A stretch of 51,150 nucleotides of DNA from Fonticula alba ATCC 38817 (GCA_000388065.2 KB932201.1); one strand, 5' to 3'. Shown: positions 23,481 to 37,298, counted from the stretch's first letter. Numbers and translations are program-made. The notes: generated by a model from the letters alone, not told the origin.

Positions 23481-26469
23481 TCCCCCTCTGGCGCGCTTGC
23501 CTATGTGTTGTACGCGCACCGCTTGCGTGCGCGTGCCCGAGCGTCACTTTGTCACCAATAATCAAGCCAATAAAAGCGACTAATATATATCAATCTGAAA
23601 AAGGGGGTGCGCCGGCCCCGGAACCGGCTGCGGCAATAGTGAGGAGACTAACGGGTTCGCCATTTCCGAGCCCCCTCCCGAGAGAGGGGGGCGGAGCACT
23701 TGAAAGTGCCCAGGCGTGCCGCCAGCAAGACCGCGTCCGAGTGCAGGGCGGAGGGGGGGGGGCACCGGAGATGGAGCCAAGGGATGCCTGCCGTGCTGCC
23801 TGCCGGACACTGACCGGGCCCGACCCGACTTGGCCTCGGACGAGCCCCGCTGGCCGGCCCCACCGGAGGGGGGGGGGGGGCGGGGGGGGGGGCCATGCAC
23901 AACGACGCTCTTGGCCAAGTTGCGGGGCAGACGCATCGCGCCAGACGGCCAGCCGCCGCCCGACTTGTCCTCGCGGGCGAGGGGCCAGAGGCCCAGGCCG
24001 TCGACGCCCGGGGGGAGGGGGGGGCCGACCGGCGGAGGACACCGTCCGTTCCTGGGGTGTTGCTTCTTAGTGTTTTCCCCGTTCTTCCTGGTGTCGGCTG
24101 CGACGGGGCTGGCAGGGGGCAGGGCCGCGCGTTGCGTCGGGAGAATGGACAGGGGGCGCCTCGCTTTCAAACCCGCACGGCGGCCCGGCATCCGATTGCC
24201 GGCCCAGGGCCGGTGCCGATTTCCCGAGCAGCGCGCGCGATCACGGAAAAACACCCGTTTGGTTATCGGCCCCAGGCGCGCGCCGGCCGGTTGTTCGCCC
24301 ATGTTTGAGGGACCCGCGGCCCTCCTGATCCTCGGGGTGCCTTGACGCCCCGGCCACGGAGGGACGCGCCCGGGCTCTCGCGCGTGTGCTATCGAGAGAC
24401 ACACGCAGCCCGGGTGCTATCTGGCACCCGGGCCGTTGGTGCCCCTGGCCTGGCCCCCCCCCCCCCTCCGGGATAGATGGCACCTCGGGCTAGGGTGGAT
24501 GGCCCTGTTGTGCGTTGCGCGCGCGCGCGCGCCCGAACCTCCCTCCTCCCGCGGGGGATGCGGGGCCGGGGGAGCTTCACTGCCCTCCGACAACAAGGGC
24601 GCACTGCTTTGGGCCGCGATGTGCCGGTTCCCGGCAACCGAGGTCTTGGCCCTGGCCAACGTCTGGCGCGCGCGCGCGCACGCGCCTACCCACGAACACC
24701 AGCGTGAGATTGGCTCCCCCGATTGTGCCCGAGACTGTTCGCAGGGCCCCGTCCCCGGGGAGGACGACCGGCGCGCGCGCTCCGGCGCCCATGCCAGGGT
24801 GATTATCGTCGTGCGGTCCCCCCCGAGTCCTCCTATGCATGCTCCCTCTCCGCGCCGCGGCCGCGAGCCCTTGCTTCATCTCCGCGGCACGCGCGTTTCC
24901 TCGCGACTATCGTCCCAGGGGGGATTCCGGGGTTCGGAATCCGGGGGCGCTTCGGCCAGATGTGGGGGCGTCCCCAGAGGTGCCCCCTCCCCCCCCCCCG
25001 GCGTTCTGTCCGCGTGCGGCAGCACGCGCCTGTGCTGTGCCGGCGCCTACAGTGCCCCAGCCTCCCTCAGCCCCTTGGGGGCGGTGGGGGCGGGGGGATG
25101 GAGGCCCACTCGCGCGCCAGGATCCCTGGTCTTTGTGTGCGAGCCGGCAAGGATCGACTCTCCCCCCCCCCAGGGGGGGGGGGGGCGGGGGCCGGAAGAC
25201 CGTTGGTCGCCCACGGCCGCCGGGCGACGAACGCCCACCCCTCAGCATTGCGATAGAGCCACGCTGCTGGCGATAGAGAACCAGCCTGCGCCGGGTACCA
25301 GCGTGGTAGGCGGCCTCCGGGGCCCGATAGCCGGCCCGCGTCCCGGCCAACCTTGGCCAACGTGGGGGCCGCCGTGGCGGCGGTGTGCGTGAGTGGGGGC
25401 GGGCGGCGAGACCCGCACGCCTCGGGAATTGCCCGGGTGGACACCCCCGGGCCCGGAGCTCAATGCCCACTACACTTGGGGAAGGTGTCACATAATGTAT
25501 CCCGAACCAGGGGCATGTACGCCCCGGGAGGGGCAGCAAGGCTGCTGCCCGGTCGTCCCCCGCCCCAGAACCGAAGAGAGGCCCCGCCCCTCGGGTCTGT
25601 GTGTAGAGGCCGCCAGGAATGGCGGCGCCCATGTAGGGCAAACTGCGATCCAGGCAGGGGGGGGGTGTAAAGGGGCAAATGCGTTAGGTACTGGCGGTTC
25701 GCCGATACGCCTCTGGGGCAGGATGCGGAGGGCCCCATGCGAGCTGCTTGTTGCGCCCCCCGTCCCGGGCCCGCCAGCATCACGGTCCCCTTTTGTTCCT
25801 TCGCTCGGAAGAGACCCGGTGTGAGGCACCATCACCGGCCCCCCCCCCCCCCCTCGGTAATTGTCTCTCTTCTCTCTTCCTCTGTCTTCCTCCCCCGGCC
25901 GTCCACAAGTCCCCCCCTCCAGATTGCAAGCGCATCAGTCCCTCCACCCACCCACCTGTGTTCCCGCTACCGCTGCCACATTTCTGACTCACCACCCAGA
26001 TCCCCCCGTCGCAGAGGGGCCGCGACAGACCCCTCCTGCCCCTCCCTGCTGCCCGGGCCCAGCTCTCTTTCTCACCTTCTCCCTTCCTCCCTCCCTCCCT
26101 CCCTCCCTCCCTCCCTCCCTCACACACACACACACACACCCTCTCTACCGCTGGCGCGCCCTCTCCACCTCCTGGCCTCTCCACTTTCTCTCTCGCCCAC
26201 CCACGCCCCTTCGCCCTGTGCCTGCCCCGAGCCGCGTGTCTGTCTCCTCCCGCCCTCCTGGCCCGTGCCCTCCGCCCCACTCCACACCGAGCGCACGGCA
26301 GAGAGGGAGCGAGAGAGAGAGAGAGCGAGAGAAAACGAGGCGCCCGCCCGCCCGCCCGCCCGCCCGCCAGTGAGTGGGCTTGGCTCGACCCCCCCCCCCC
26401 TCCTCTCCCCTCCTTCCCGCCGGCCGCGGCTTCTCCGCACACCTACGCTCGCCTCCGTAGCCCCTCAGG

Positions 26470-29400
26470 ATGTGGATCTTCCCCATCAAGATCGACTCGG
26501 CTGACCAGCCCGGTGCCTGGTCTGAGATCGAAGAGAACTCGCTCTTCCTGCTGCAGGAGCGTCAGTCTACCCCACTGACGGTCAAATCTCTAGCGGCCCG
26601 CCTGCTTGGCACGTCGCCCTATTCGACATCCCCGACAGCTGGTGCCTCCGGTGGCCGGGGGAGCGCCCCCCTTTCGGCCAAAGACGTTGCCTTCCGGATC
26701 TCCTCCGGCGATGATAGCCAGTTCCGCTTTCGCATTCTCCTTCGGCATCGGAGTTGCAAGGTATATGTTCCGAGCCCCCCACCCCCCCCCCCTCGCCCCA
26801 CATATGATGGCCTTCACCGCGACATGGGCATGGCACACCCGCACGCACACCCGCACGCACACCCGCACGCACACATGCACATGCATGTACCAGTCTATCT
26901 GCCCCCTCGGCCCATCTCACCTCCCCGGCACCGTCTGCCCCCCTTCCGTCATGACAGTTTGTCGTGTCCGTGGCCAATACCCTGGAGGCCATCCGCGTCG
27001 ACTGGACATGGATCGAGCAGGTCCCCTTCCGCAAGGTGTCCGAAGTGATGATGATCTCCACCTCGCCCATCGATGGCACCAGCCCCACGGCATCCTTCCC
27101 TGGGCCCGCCACCGGGGCTGCTCCCACGTCGGCAGAGGTGATGTCGATGCCGGGCCCCGGCACTTCGGCTGCCTTCGCCACCGCTGCCCTCGCTGCCTCG
27201 GGGCTTGAGATCCCCACCGCCTCCCCGGGATTGGCATCGCGCTCGGTTAGCGGGCGCTTCCGCGACACCCCTCCATCTCCCTTCCGCACATCGGATGACG
27301 CCCATGCTCCGCCCACCTCCTCCAGCCTGTCTTTCCAGCTACTAGCCGACGCCGCCGGACCAAGCACCCCCGGCTCTGGTCCCCCGTCCCATACATCGCT
27401 CCCTGTTCCGGAGTGCCCTACCTCGGGAGGCTCCCCCCCCGGTGGTGGCCCCAGCGTCGGTGGCCAGCCTGAGCCGGACTGTTCCAGCCACCACCACCAC
27501 CACCAGCAGCAGCAGCAGCAGCAACAACCAGCCCCCCCGACCCCGGCCACCATCGCTGCCAACCGGCCTCTGACCAAAAAGCTCTCCAGCACCGAGTCGC
27601 CCTCCTGCTCGCTGCCCGGTTCACCGAGCCTCCCACTGATGGCCGACACCGGGGACGACTCCTTGGACCTGGCCGCCGGCGGGGATCCCCGGGATGCCGA
27701 TGACACCCAGACCTTCCGCCCGCATACCAGGTTCCATCTGGGACCGGACCCCAGCGCCAGCCTCTCGACCGCCTCGACGTCAGCCTCAGCCTCATCCTCA
27801 GTCGGCGCTCTGGCCGCCGGCGGCCACCCCTCTCATCATCACTCGGCGCCGGGTGTCGGCCAGTGCGCCCCTTGCGGGAGCACCTTCCACACGCCAACTT
27901 GCCCGGCATGCGTCCCGACCCCCGGCCCGGGCCAACGACCTGCCGGTCCCTCCGGGAATAAGGCCATCCAGTCTGTGGTGTCCCCGCCCATTTCGGCCAT
28001 GCCCTCGTCGTCGCTCTCGCCGCCGACCCCACCCCCCTCAGCCGGGCCGGCCTGGGCCCGGCGCCGGTCCTCCCTGGATCTGACCGAGCTTTTGACATCG
28101 CTGCCGGCCGAGGACGCCCTCGGCGCCGGGCGGATCGCCGGGCATCGGCAATCGACCGCTCCTCTGCCTGTGCGCGGACATGCGGCCGCGATGGCCGCAA
28201 CCACCGCCGCCGAGCAGCAACAGCAGCGCGAGCTCTTCTATGCGTTTGTCCCATCGCCACCCTCCTCTCGTTCTTCCCTATCGGAGGCATTGTTGCGGGA
28301 TGCCAGTCCGGCCGGCGGTGCACCACCGCCGCCCTCCGATCGCCGCAGTTCTCTTGGCCTCTCGCACATGCCTCCCCCTGGGTCTTCGGATGCCCCTCCC
28401 CCATCACAAGTTGCAAGCACCACCCCCCGCCCGGGGTCCGTCTCGACCGCGGCCGATGCCGGGCCAATGCCCTTCCCCGGCTTCAATGAGCACATTGACC
28501 TCTGGCTGTTGAAGCTTTTCACCACCAAGGCCCATGGCGATGAGTCGGACGAGTCTCTGATCCATGAGCTGACCGCCAACATGGGGGTTGAGACGGCCGA
28601 GGCACGCGCCACCGGCCGCTCTGCCGCTGTCGCCCCCCCTGAGCCCGAGCCCGGTGACTTGCAGCGGCCATCGCATCACCCGGCCCCGGCGCTGGCCGCC
28701 GCGGGCCACGACCTCTTTGCCTCTCCGCAGGATTTGGCCTACGAGGCCCCGGGGTCCGGGGGGGCCGCAGGGGGGCCATCACGCGGGTCGTCCGGGGGGG
28801 TACCCCTCCGGGCCGAGTCCTCCGGCGGGAGTGCTCGCCAGAGCGAGCTCGACACCCCGCCATCCAGCTACATCCCGACGCCGTCGTTGCTTCGGGCCAA
28901 TTCCGGCCCCAGTGGCGGCATGGCGCGACCCTTCTCAGCGATCTACCCCTCGACCGGGGTCGGCCTTCACGCCGGGGGCGCCTCCCTGCATGGGTCCCCC
29001 TATGTCGATGGTTCGGCCAATGGTGGTGTCGGGCCTGGTGGCCTGCTCCGGCCATTGTCCCTCCATCAGGATGCCTTCTTCCGGCCATCTCGCGAGCCGG
29101 ATTCCCCCTCCTCCATTGGGTCCTCGGATCTGGGCCTCTCACCGCCGGGATCTGCCACCGGCGATCGGCTGCCCCCCTCGCTGATCCACCGCCACGGTTC
29201 CTTCGACCTGGGACAGGGTGAGCTCCGTCTTTCGGCCAGTGGGCCATTGCTGCCGGTCACCGGTGCCGGTAGCCCAACCTATCCGGTGGCCCTGCCGGCC
29301 CATCTGCTTGGCCCCGGCGGCCGGCCCTTGTCGGCTTCCTTCCGCAGCCCGGGGCCTGGCCTGTCGCCGCTGGCTGCCGCCACCGGCCTTGTGCCGCACC

Positions 29401-32259
29401 ATCGGTCCAATTCCCTGGGAACACTGGCACCCGGTGCCGGAAGCCTGGGGCCTCCCGGCCGGGCGTACTCCCCTACAGCCCTGATCCCGGGCGGCATGGC
29501 GGGACCCGGGGCTCTGGCCGGCGACCAATCCAGCGATTCGGTGGCCTTGGGCCCGGCCCCGGTCCCGGTGTCGGCCCCGGCCCCGGCTGTAACACTGCAG
29601 CTGCCGAAGGCCTTCCAGCAGGCTTTCTCCTGCCATCCGACGACCCTGGTGCTGGACATCCTGGATGCGGAGTTCCGGTCGGCCCCGGCCACCCTGGTCC
29701 TGACGCCGGAGTGCGTCATGCTCATGAACGAGGCCGGCGCCACCGAGCGCGTTTACTTCATCAGCGTCGAGTCGGTCTTCCTCACGTCCGAGGGCCGGCA
29801 GATCTGCCTCTTCCGCGGGACGCCAGTCCTCTTTTCTCTGGTGCCCACGGGCAGTGGCGGTACCAGTGCCAGCGGCGGCTCCATCGACGCGGCCCGGCTG
29901 GTGGAGCACCTGCGCCTTTTGTGTGACATCGCCGCGCGACGCCTCTCCCGCGGCACGGAGGCCGATTACAGCAACCCGGTGGAGCGCTTCCTCACCGGCG
30001 ACCACGGCCTGGATGTCCCGCACATGGCCGCTCCCCGGCGGAATATCCTCCCCCATGTGATGGCCACGGCCTCCTCGCCGGTGGCTCTCTTCCGGCCGGA
30101 CTCCACGGCCGATGGCCGGCTTCTGTCCCCGCACGTGGCTCCCCCAACAGTCACTGGCATGGGCTTCGATCAGCTGAATGCCTCGAATGGGGCTGCTGGC
30201 TACGAGATCGCCGCTCCGGGCGACATGCTGCTCCTCGGTCCTGGCGGGGGGCCAGGCGGCTATGGCTACTCGCCCTCGACCCTGATGGGCGCCGGTAGTG
30301 ACTTGGCCGTTGACCGGCTTCTCCAGTCGGCCGACTTCGATCACCATCCCACGGACCTGGGCCTGGGCCCGCCTCCGCATATGGCCGATCTGGCGAGCTC
30401 CGCACATGCACACGCCTCGCCGCTGCATGCCCCCCACTCGGTGCGTGTCCCGCACATGCTCCTCTCGGCCACTTGTCCCGCTGTATGGCGGCATCTAACT
30501 CCTATTCCTGCTCTCCCCTGCCTCCACCAACATCATGCGCGACCGCGTGCCTGTCGGCGTGCCTGTTTTCATGTCGACGCGGCGACATGCATACAGGCTC
30601 CTCCTGTGGAACATCCCTCACTGCCAAACGAGCAGGAGATCCTCTCGCCGAAGGGCTTCTCTTTCGAGCAACTGAAGCTGGTCACCACATGTCAGTTGCA
30701 GCGCAGTCTCTTCCGCCTGCCCCCGGAGGAGCAGCTCTTCTCGCACCGGCGCGCATCGCTCCTCATCCCGGAAGACAACCACTTCCTCTATGGGCACATC
30801 TTCCTGTGGAGCCGGTTCCTGACTTTCATTTCGGATGGTACATCAGCGTCGTGTGGCCCCCCCCCCCCCCCCCCCCCCTGCTCTCGGCCCCGCCCCCATC
30901 CCCTCCCCTCGCGTCTTCTGCTCTTCTCCCTCCTCGCGGCCGGCCACAAGTGGCTTGCATGTGTGCCTTCGGCTAACCACTCGCACACGCACGCGACGGC
31001 GCACACCACCCCGCCACAGATTCGGTTACCCTGTTTGTTCTTCCCCTCTCAGAGATCACATCCTTCGGTAAGCCCTCCGGCTCCTGGAGCGATATCGCCT
31101 TCAAGGCCCCGATCACCATTTACACCCGCACGAAGAACAAACTCATCCAGATCCGCGATCCGCGTGGCGGTAACGAGCTCCAGGACAGCCTCCTGCTGCA
31201 CTTGCGCTCGGTGTGCTATCCATACTCCTCGTCAATGGCCCAGATGGCTGCCCAGCGAAGCACCAATGGAACGCCGGCCAGTTCGATGCCGCCCCCTGGC
31301 GGTGTCCCATCGGGCGTCGCGGCGGCCTGGCATTCACCCTCGCATTTGGCGGCCGCCTATGGGGGCCCCGGCGGCGGCGGGCCTGCCTCTTCCCCAACCC
31401 TGGCCGACCCCTTCCTTTACCTCCCTCGTGCAGGGGGTCTGCCCTCGCCGGATGTTTCCTTCCATCCCTTGGGTCTGTTGCCAACCATCACGGCTGCCGG
31501 GACTGTGTCCACCAAAACCCTGAACGATTACTTTCCGCCCGATAGGTGCGCCTCTTATTTTGTGCCTCCTTTCTTCTTTTTTCTTCTCGATGCCTCCACC
31601 ATATGGCGTCTCTGCTTCTTTCCTCCTCCTCCCCCTCCTCCTCCTCCTCCTCCCCCACGCCACGCCAACCGTGACTCACATGGGGACATGCGCCTCGGCC
31701 CGCGCTCTGGTCCTGTGCCCTCCCTCCTCCCTTTTTTTCCCTCCTGCACTGTGCAGTACCTCGGGTCTTGAGCCCTCCGAGAGCGAACTCGAGGCCTCGA
31801 ACCAGCGCTGGGAAGCCATCATGAAGGGCACCCATCTTGGCTCGGGCTGCCTCTACCGCTCCCTCTCCTTGGTCAGCGACTGTGCGTGTGCTGCTCCGCC
31901 TACCATTCTACACCATTCGAGTCGTGAGCATCTTGTGGCGCTAACTGTCGCTATCCCTTCTGCCAAATCCTCGGTCAAAACACACACACACACATACACA
32001 CCAACAACATAGGCTGCATCCACGGCATCCCGTCACACCTCCGGCCCACGATCTGGATGCGCCTGAGCGGGTCCTGGATCGATCGGCCCTCGGACGAGTA
32101 CTACCTCAATCTTCTCGAGGGCAACCGAAACAAGCACACCCCGACCCTGGACGAGATCGAGATGGACCTGCATCGGAGTCTTCCCGAGCACCCGGCCTTC
32201 CAGTCGGATGTACGCATATGCCCCACCCGCCCCGCCTGTCCTGTTCTTTCCCCTCGCAC

Positions 32260-32295
<36 letters not shown>

Positions 32296-35200
32296 ACATG
32301 CAAATGCCACAAGCCCTCCTCAGCCTGGAAGAGGGGGGGGGGGGCTAAGACACCCTTCTTGATCTCTGACCCAATATGCTCTCCTCTTGCTATCCCTGCA
32401 TCACAGGTCGGCATCTCCTCCCTGCGGCGCGTGTTGACGGCCTACTCTTGGCGCAATCCGAGTCTCGGCTACTGCCAATCCATGAACATCATCGCCAGTG
32501 TCCTTCTTCTCCAGCTTCCGGAGCCCGGTGCGTCAGGCGCGCTGGCTCCGCCTCCTCCATTTTCTCCCTCCTTCCCTTTGCCCTCTCATGTGCCCCTTGC
32601 TCTCTGCCTCCCCCGGCGTCTCCCTCTCATCGGACCCCCCCCCCCCCCCCCCCCGCCCACCGCACAACACCCCACCCCCCCCCCACCCCCCCCCCTCCGC
32701 TCCCCACACACACTCTCACCCCCCCCGCCCCCCTCTGTGAGCGGATTCTCCCCTCGTACTATACGAAGTCCATGATCGGCGCAGTTGTTGATCAGCATGT
32801 CTTCCGGTACCTGGTATTCCGCGAGCTGCCGTGCCTCTTCCGGCACCTGGACCAGCGCGGCGTGGACCTCAATTTGCTGAGTGTCCCCTGGTTCGTGTGC
32901 CTCTACTTGAACGCGGTTCCCCTGGCCTCGGCCCTGCGGGTGATGGACATGTTCTTCCTCGAGGGGCCGCGCTTCCTGTTTGTCTTCGGATTGGCCGTGC
33001 TCAAGCACAACCAGAAGCGCATCATTGCCCTGCAGGATGACGACGAGATCATCCACCTGCTGAAGGACTTCTTCTCCGGCCTGCGCGACGATGCCCAGCA
33101 GAAGACCCTCACCACCATCCTCGCCGACGCCACCTCCAAACAATTCCGGTCGATCACCTATGACATCATCAACAAGCTCCGTGGGAAGTACCGCCTTGAG
33201 GTGGCCTGCAAGATCGAGTCCACCTCGCGCAAATCTCAGCTCCGCACCATCGAGACGGCCGGCGTGGCTCCGAGCCTATCCTTCGGCGACATGGGCGCCA
33301 TTTACGACCTTGTGAAGCGTGTCAAGTTCGAGCACAACACCCTGGAGAGCCGGCACATTTCCGAGAGGTACGGCACATAGCCCCCCCCCCCCCCCCGGCA
33401 CCCCGGGGCGAGAGCCGCTGACATCCAGCACCCCGCTACCGACACCCAACCTGACTCCTTCTTCCCTCCTCTTCTCCCCCCTGTCCCGTGTTCTCATCCA
33501 CTCCGCTGCCGATGGCCTATCGCTTCGTGCCTGGGGATCATCTGGGCCCCTATCTCGATCACAGCGAGTTCGCCTCGATCGTGTCGTCGATCCCCGGCCC
33601 CTGGGCCTTCAGAAAGCTTGCCCAGCGTGTGATCAATCCGAGGTGCGCCCATGCCCTGGCCGTCATGCCATGTGGGGGGCCGATGCTCGCCCGATGCACA
33701 TGCTGCCCGACCACATTTGAACATGCATTCCCTCCCTTTACCTTGCTCTGACTCTCCTGCCACGGTCCTCCGGGGGGGGGGGGGGGGGGGGGCAAACCCA
33801 TTCCTAGCCCGACACAGTCGCTGGCGTCCAGTTCTCTGGATTCGACCAATGCCCCGCTGCCTCCATTTATCCGGCTTCTGTATAACCAGTGCCAGCTGAT
33901 TGCCCGGGGGTCGGCCATCGTGGCCATCACCGCGGCCGCGGTCAAGGCTCAGGCGGCCGCCGGCAGTGGCGGTCTCGGTCTTGGAAGTATGGCAGGAGCG
34001 GCCCTTCCCTCGCCGCATATCGGTGATGCCAGCCCCTCGCTCTTTGGGGCCACTTGTGGGGGGGACCTCTCGTCGGCCAGTCCGGCGGTGGGGACCTGCC
34101 CTGGGGCGGGCATCGGCTCGGGGCTCCTGTCTTCGGCAGCCGCGTTGCAGCACATCGATCCGCAGGCCCTGCAGGCGGCGTCCCCGCTGGAACTCGCGGA
34201 AGCCGTGGCCCGGCTTGTGTTTGCGGCCTTGGTGGAGACACCGGCGGGGCCGGGCCCCGGTGCTGGCGAGGCTGCCGAAGACACCGTCAACCCCCGGCAT
34301 TCCTTCGGCATTGTGGGCGACTCGCCGCCCCTGGAAGCGGCACCGGGCACCGGTTCGAGCCCGGAGGCCGAGGCCGAGGCCGCGCAGCAGCTCCGCCTGC
34401 CCACCAACTCGCCGGATATCAAAGCCTCGGCCTCGGTGCCGGTGGGAGTCTCCTCCTCCTGCTCTCCCTCCGGACCTGGTAGTGCTTCGGCCGCGGCTGG
34501 CCAGCACCCGTCCACCTGGGCCCTGCTTGAGCTGGCCGAGAAGATCGCCAGTGTCGCCCTCGGGCAGAAGCTCATTTCCCTTGACGATATTCTCACGGTT
34601 CCGGTGACCCTGCCTGTCGTCATGCATGTCCTTGCCACCATGTGTCGCGAAACCCCAGAACGCCGGCTCCAGGTGCGTACTCACTGGTTCTCTTTCTTTT
34701 TTTTCCCGTTCCACACCTACCTGCCTGCCGCTCGGCCGGCCAGGGAGGAGAGGCCCTCTGCTGGCTTTGGCCATCTCCCCACCGCGCCGCCGCTGGCTGG
34801 CGGCCCCCCTTTTGGATGACTGGCATCTCTGACATTCGCCGACCCATCGACGCGCAGTTCTACTTCCGCGCCTTCGACCGCGACCACGATGGCTGGCTCA
34901 CGCTGTCAGAGCTCACCGAGTCCCAGAACACGTACGCAAGACCCGCCACCCGGCGCAGGGCGGACTATCGCATCACACGCTACCTCCCTGTGTGCCTGTG
35001 TCCATGCGCATACAAACAATTCCGCCCCCATTCACTAACCGCCCTTCGCGTGGCTCCCACAGGCTGATCCTGATCTTCGAGAACCAGCCCCTATCAGACC
35101 AGTACTCGCTCTCCGACGACGAGTCACTCCTGAAGTCCTTGACCAACTTCGTTCAGAACAGTACGATCAACCGTCCTCGTGCACCACACAGCCCGCGCAC

Positions 35201-35533
35201 CGGGATTGGGGGAGGGAGGGGCATGTGTGCCTCCTTGATGCTGCGCACCCCCCCCCCCCCAGGGGCGCCCCTGGGGGGGGGGGGGGGGGGGGGGCAGGGA
35301 GCGGCGATGTATGTGGCTAGATAGATGACTGACAATGTATTCGTGCCTGCACGCGCGTCCGCGCTTTGCACCCCCTCCGCGCTTCCCTTCTGGCAAAAAA
35401 AAAAACACACGGCACAGCGCTCGGGAAGTCTGTCTTCCAGCAGAACTATCGTATCCACCTGAATGACGTCTGCCAGGAGGCCCAGGTGCTACTGCCCTTC
35501 TTCCGCCGCGAGGCCGCCTTCCCTCTGCGCTGA
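26470..35533 (+). CDS. TBC1D9: GRAM-TBC-EF-hand Rab GTPase-activating protein (TBC1D8/TBC1D9, yeast Mdr1/Gyp2 family), ~2270 aa, 13 exons
   Basis: Exons 26470..26760, 26958..30440, 30597..30837, 31053..31545, 31757..31881, 32013..32209, 32407..32527, <32733..33367, 33565..33642, 33808..34672, 34858..34931, 35063..35160 and 35418..35533. Phases are consistent except for the missing acceptor before 32733. Family N-terminus (MWIFP..W..NSLFLLQ, DWTWIEQ), GRAM ([21 protein letters not shown]), TBC with Arg finger IEMDLHRS and Gln finger GYCQSMN, and EF-hand [19 protein letters not shown]. Assignment is to the family; the exact paralogue is uncertain. Confidence 0.92.
26830..26872 (+). repeat. 12-bp tandem repeat (GCACACCCGCAC)x3 in TBC intron 1
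   Basis: Read directly; it decays into gcacacatgcacatgc. Confidence 0.85.
35248..35285. repeat. Perfect 38-bp palindrome C13-AGGGGC|GCCCCT-G13 in the last TBC intron
   Basis: Read directly; zero-spacer inverted repeat. Confidence 0.9.
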
Positions 35534-37298
35534 GTAGAGGGGGGCGGCACTGCGCGAAGTAGCAGCGGCAGTCGTGGCACGCGGACATGATGGCGGGGGG
35601 AATTGGAAGGCGTGAGATCGCGCAAGGGGCACCAAGGACGGGCTTCCCTCCTCCTGTGCCCTCCCCCTTCCCATCCTGCCACATGCCTGGCCCGTTGCAC
35701 GAAGCGCCCTGACCCGACGCGCCCCCGCCCGCACACAATAATCTACCACCTTCTTGTAGCAGCCTGCTGTTGGTCCTCCAAACCGGGGGGTGGAGTGGGA
35801 CCGGGGGGGGGGGGGGGTCCGTGGGGGGGCAGAGCAGGTCGGTTGGCGGGCGGGTGGGAGGAGGCAAGGCGAATGGAGGGGGGCGGTCGAGTGGGGCCTT
35901 TCCGCGCGTTTGGGCCCCCTCGCCCGGGGCACGAAAGCGGGAAAATGCTCGTGGACACGTTTGTCTCCCAACTCCCCATCGCCGAGCGAGCCCCTCAGGG
36001 GGGTTGGCCCGGCTTCCTCGGCATGTTCTCGGTTAACCATTCCGATCTGCACCCTGGGTTAATCGGACCGCAGGTGCTCAACTTCGGGCACTCCTTGGCC
36101 ACGATATTAAAAGGCTATTAAATCTTTTTTATAATCATAAAGTGCGGATCCTGCTTTTGCCTCTTTTGTGGGCAGCCACCCGACGCTGGGCAGGAGGGTC
36201 TTGCGCCATGTGCCTGTTTTTCGCTCATCCGAAGCTAACCCCCGGGGCTCCGCAGCGGGCGATTCCGGGCCGAGTTGCCGTGGTGGTGCGCGCTGGGGTG
36301 GGTGCTCTCGATGGACAGCAGGGACCTCTGCAAGTGTGGGTGTATGTTGGGGGGACCGCCTTTCCGCCTTCTGCCAGGGACCGGGGGGAGGGCGTGACGG
36401 AGGCCCGGGTCGGTCGTCCGGACTCCGGCACGCTGAGGGATCCCGGCATCAGGCCACGGCATCCGGTGGGACTTGCGCTCGGCTGGATGGCCCCGCACAG
36501 AGCAATCTGTGCCCTGTCAGTGCCTGCATTTGCGTGATCCTGGGTGCGTTTGTATTTGTGTGTGTGTGTGTGTGTGNNNNNNNNNNNNNNNNNNNNNNNN
36601 NNNNNNNNNNNNNNNNNNNNNNNNNNNNNNNNNNNNNNNNNNNNNNNNNNNNNNNNNNNNNNNNNNNNNNNNNNNNNNNNNNNNNNNNNNNNNNNNNNNN
36701 NNNNNNNNNNNNNNNNNNNNNNNNNNNNNNNNNNNNNNNNNNNNNNNNNNNNNNNNNNNNNNNNNNNNNNNNNNNNNNNNNNNNNNNNNNNNNNNNNNNN
36801 NNNNNNNNNNNGGGGGGGGGGGGGGGGAGGGCAGGGGATGTGTGCCCCTGCGTCCGGTTGGGAGTTGTACACAATGTCCAACCAGGGGCAAGGGCGAGGG
36901 TTCTTCCTCTCGCGAGGCCGAGCCGTCGTCCTGGGAGCGGGTGCCGTGTGTGCGCGTGTGCGTGTGCGCGGCGCGCGGCTGGTGGCCCGCCCCCGGGAGA
37001 GGGGGAGAGGGGGGTGGTCTTGTGCGCCGGCCTCTTGGCGCCGGGCGCGCGCCTGGCGGGGGCGCAGAGGGCATGGGCTCGTGGCCCCCCCCCCCCCGTT
37101 TCCCCCCAGGCTCGCCCGGCCCTCCTCCGGGGGGGGGGGGCGGAGGGGGTGTGTGTGTGTGCGGAGCGGGCGCAGAACTCCCAGGGACGAGGAGGGTGCC
37201 TTGATGTGGAGCCAGTGTGGTGTCCGATGCCCCAGGCTGTCTCCCTCTTCCGTTTGCGCTTTGAGTTTGTTTTCATTCCGAATCGCAGTCGAATCGAG

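Noticed and set aside
24922-24942. GGATTCCG-GGGTT-CGGAATCC hairpin resembling a tRNA T-arm or B-box
   Set aside because: Has an extra base versus GGTTCGAATCC, and no acceptor stem, D-arm or anticodon arm can be built.
33368-33501. Apparent non-canonical GT-AC intron (..TCCAC|T) in the TBC gene
   Set aside because: A canonical CACAG acceptor at 33560-33564 joins in the correct phase and gives RHISESEF..PWA, which fits the family better.
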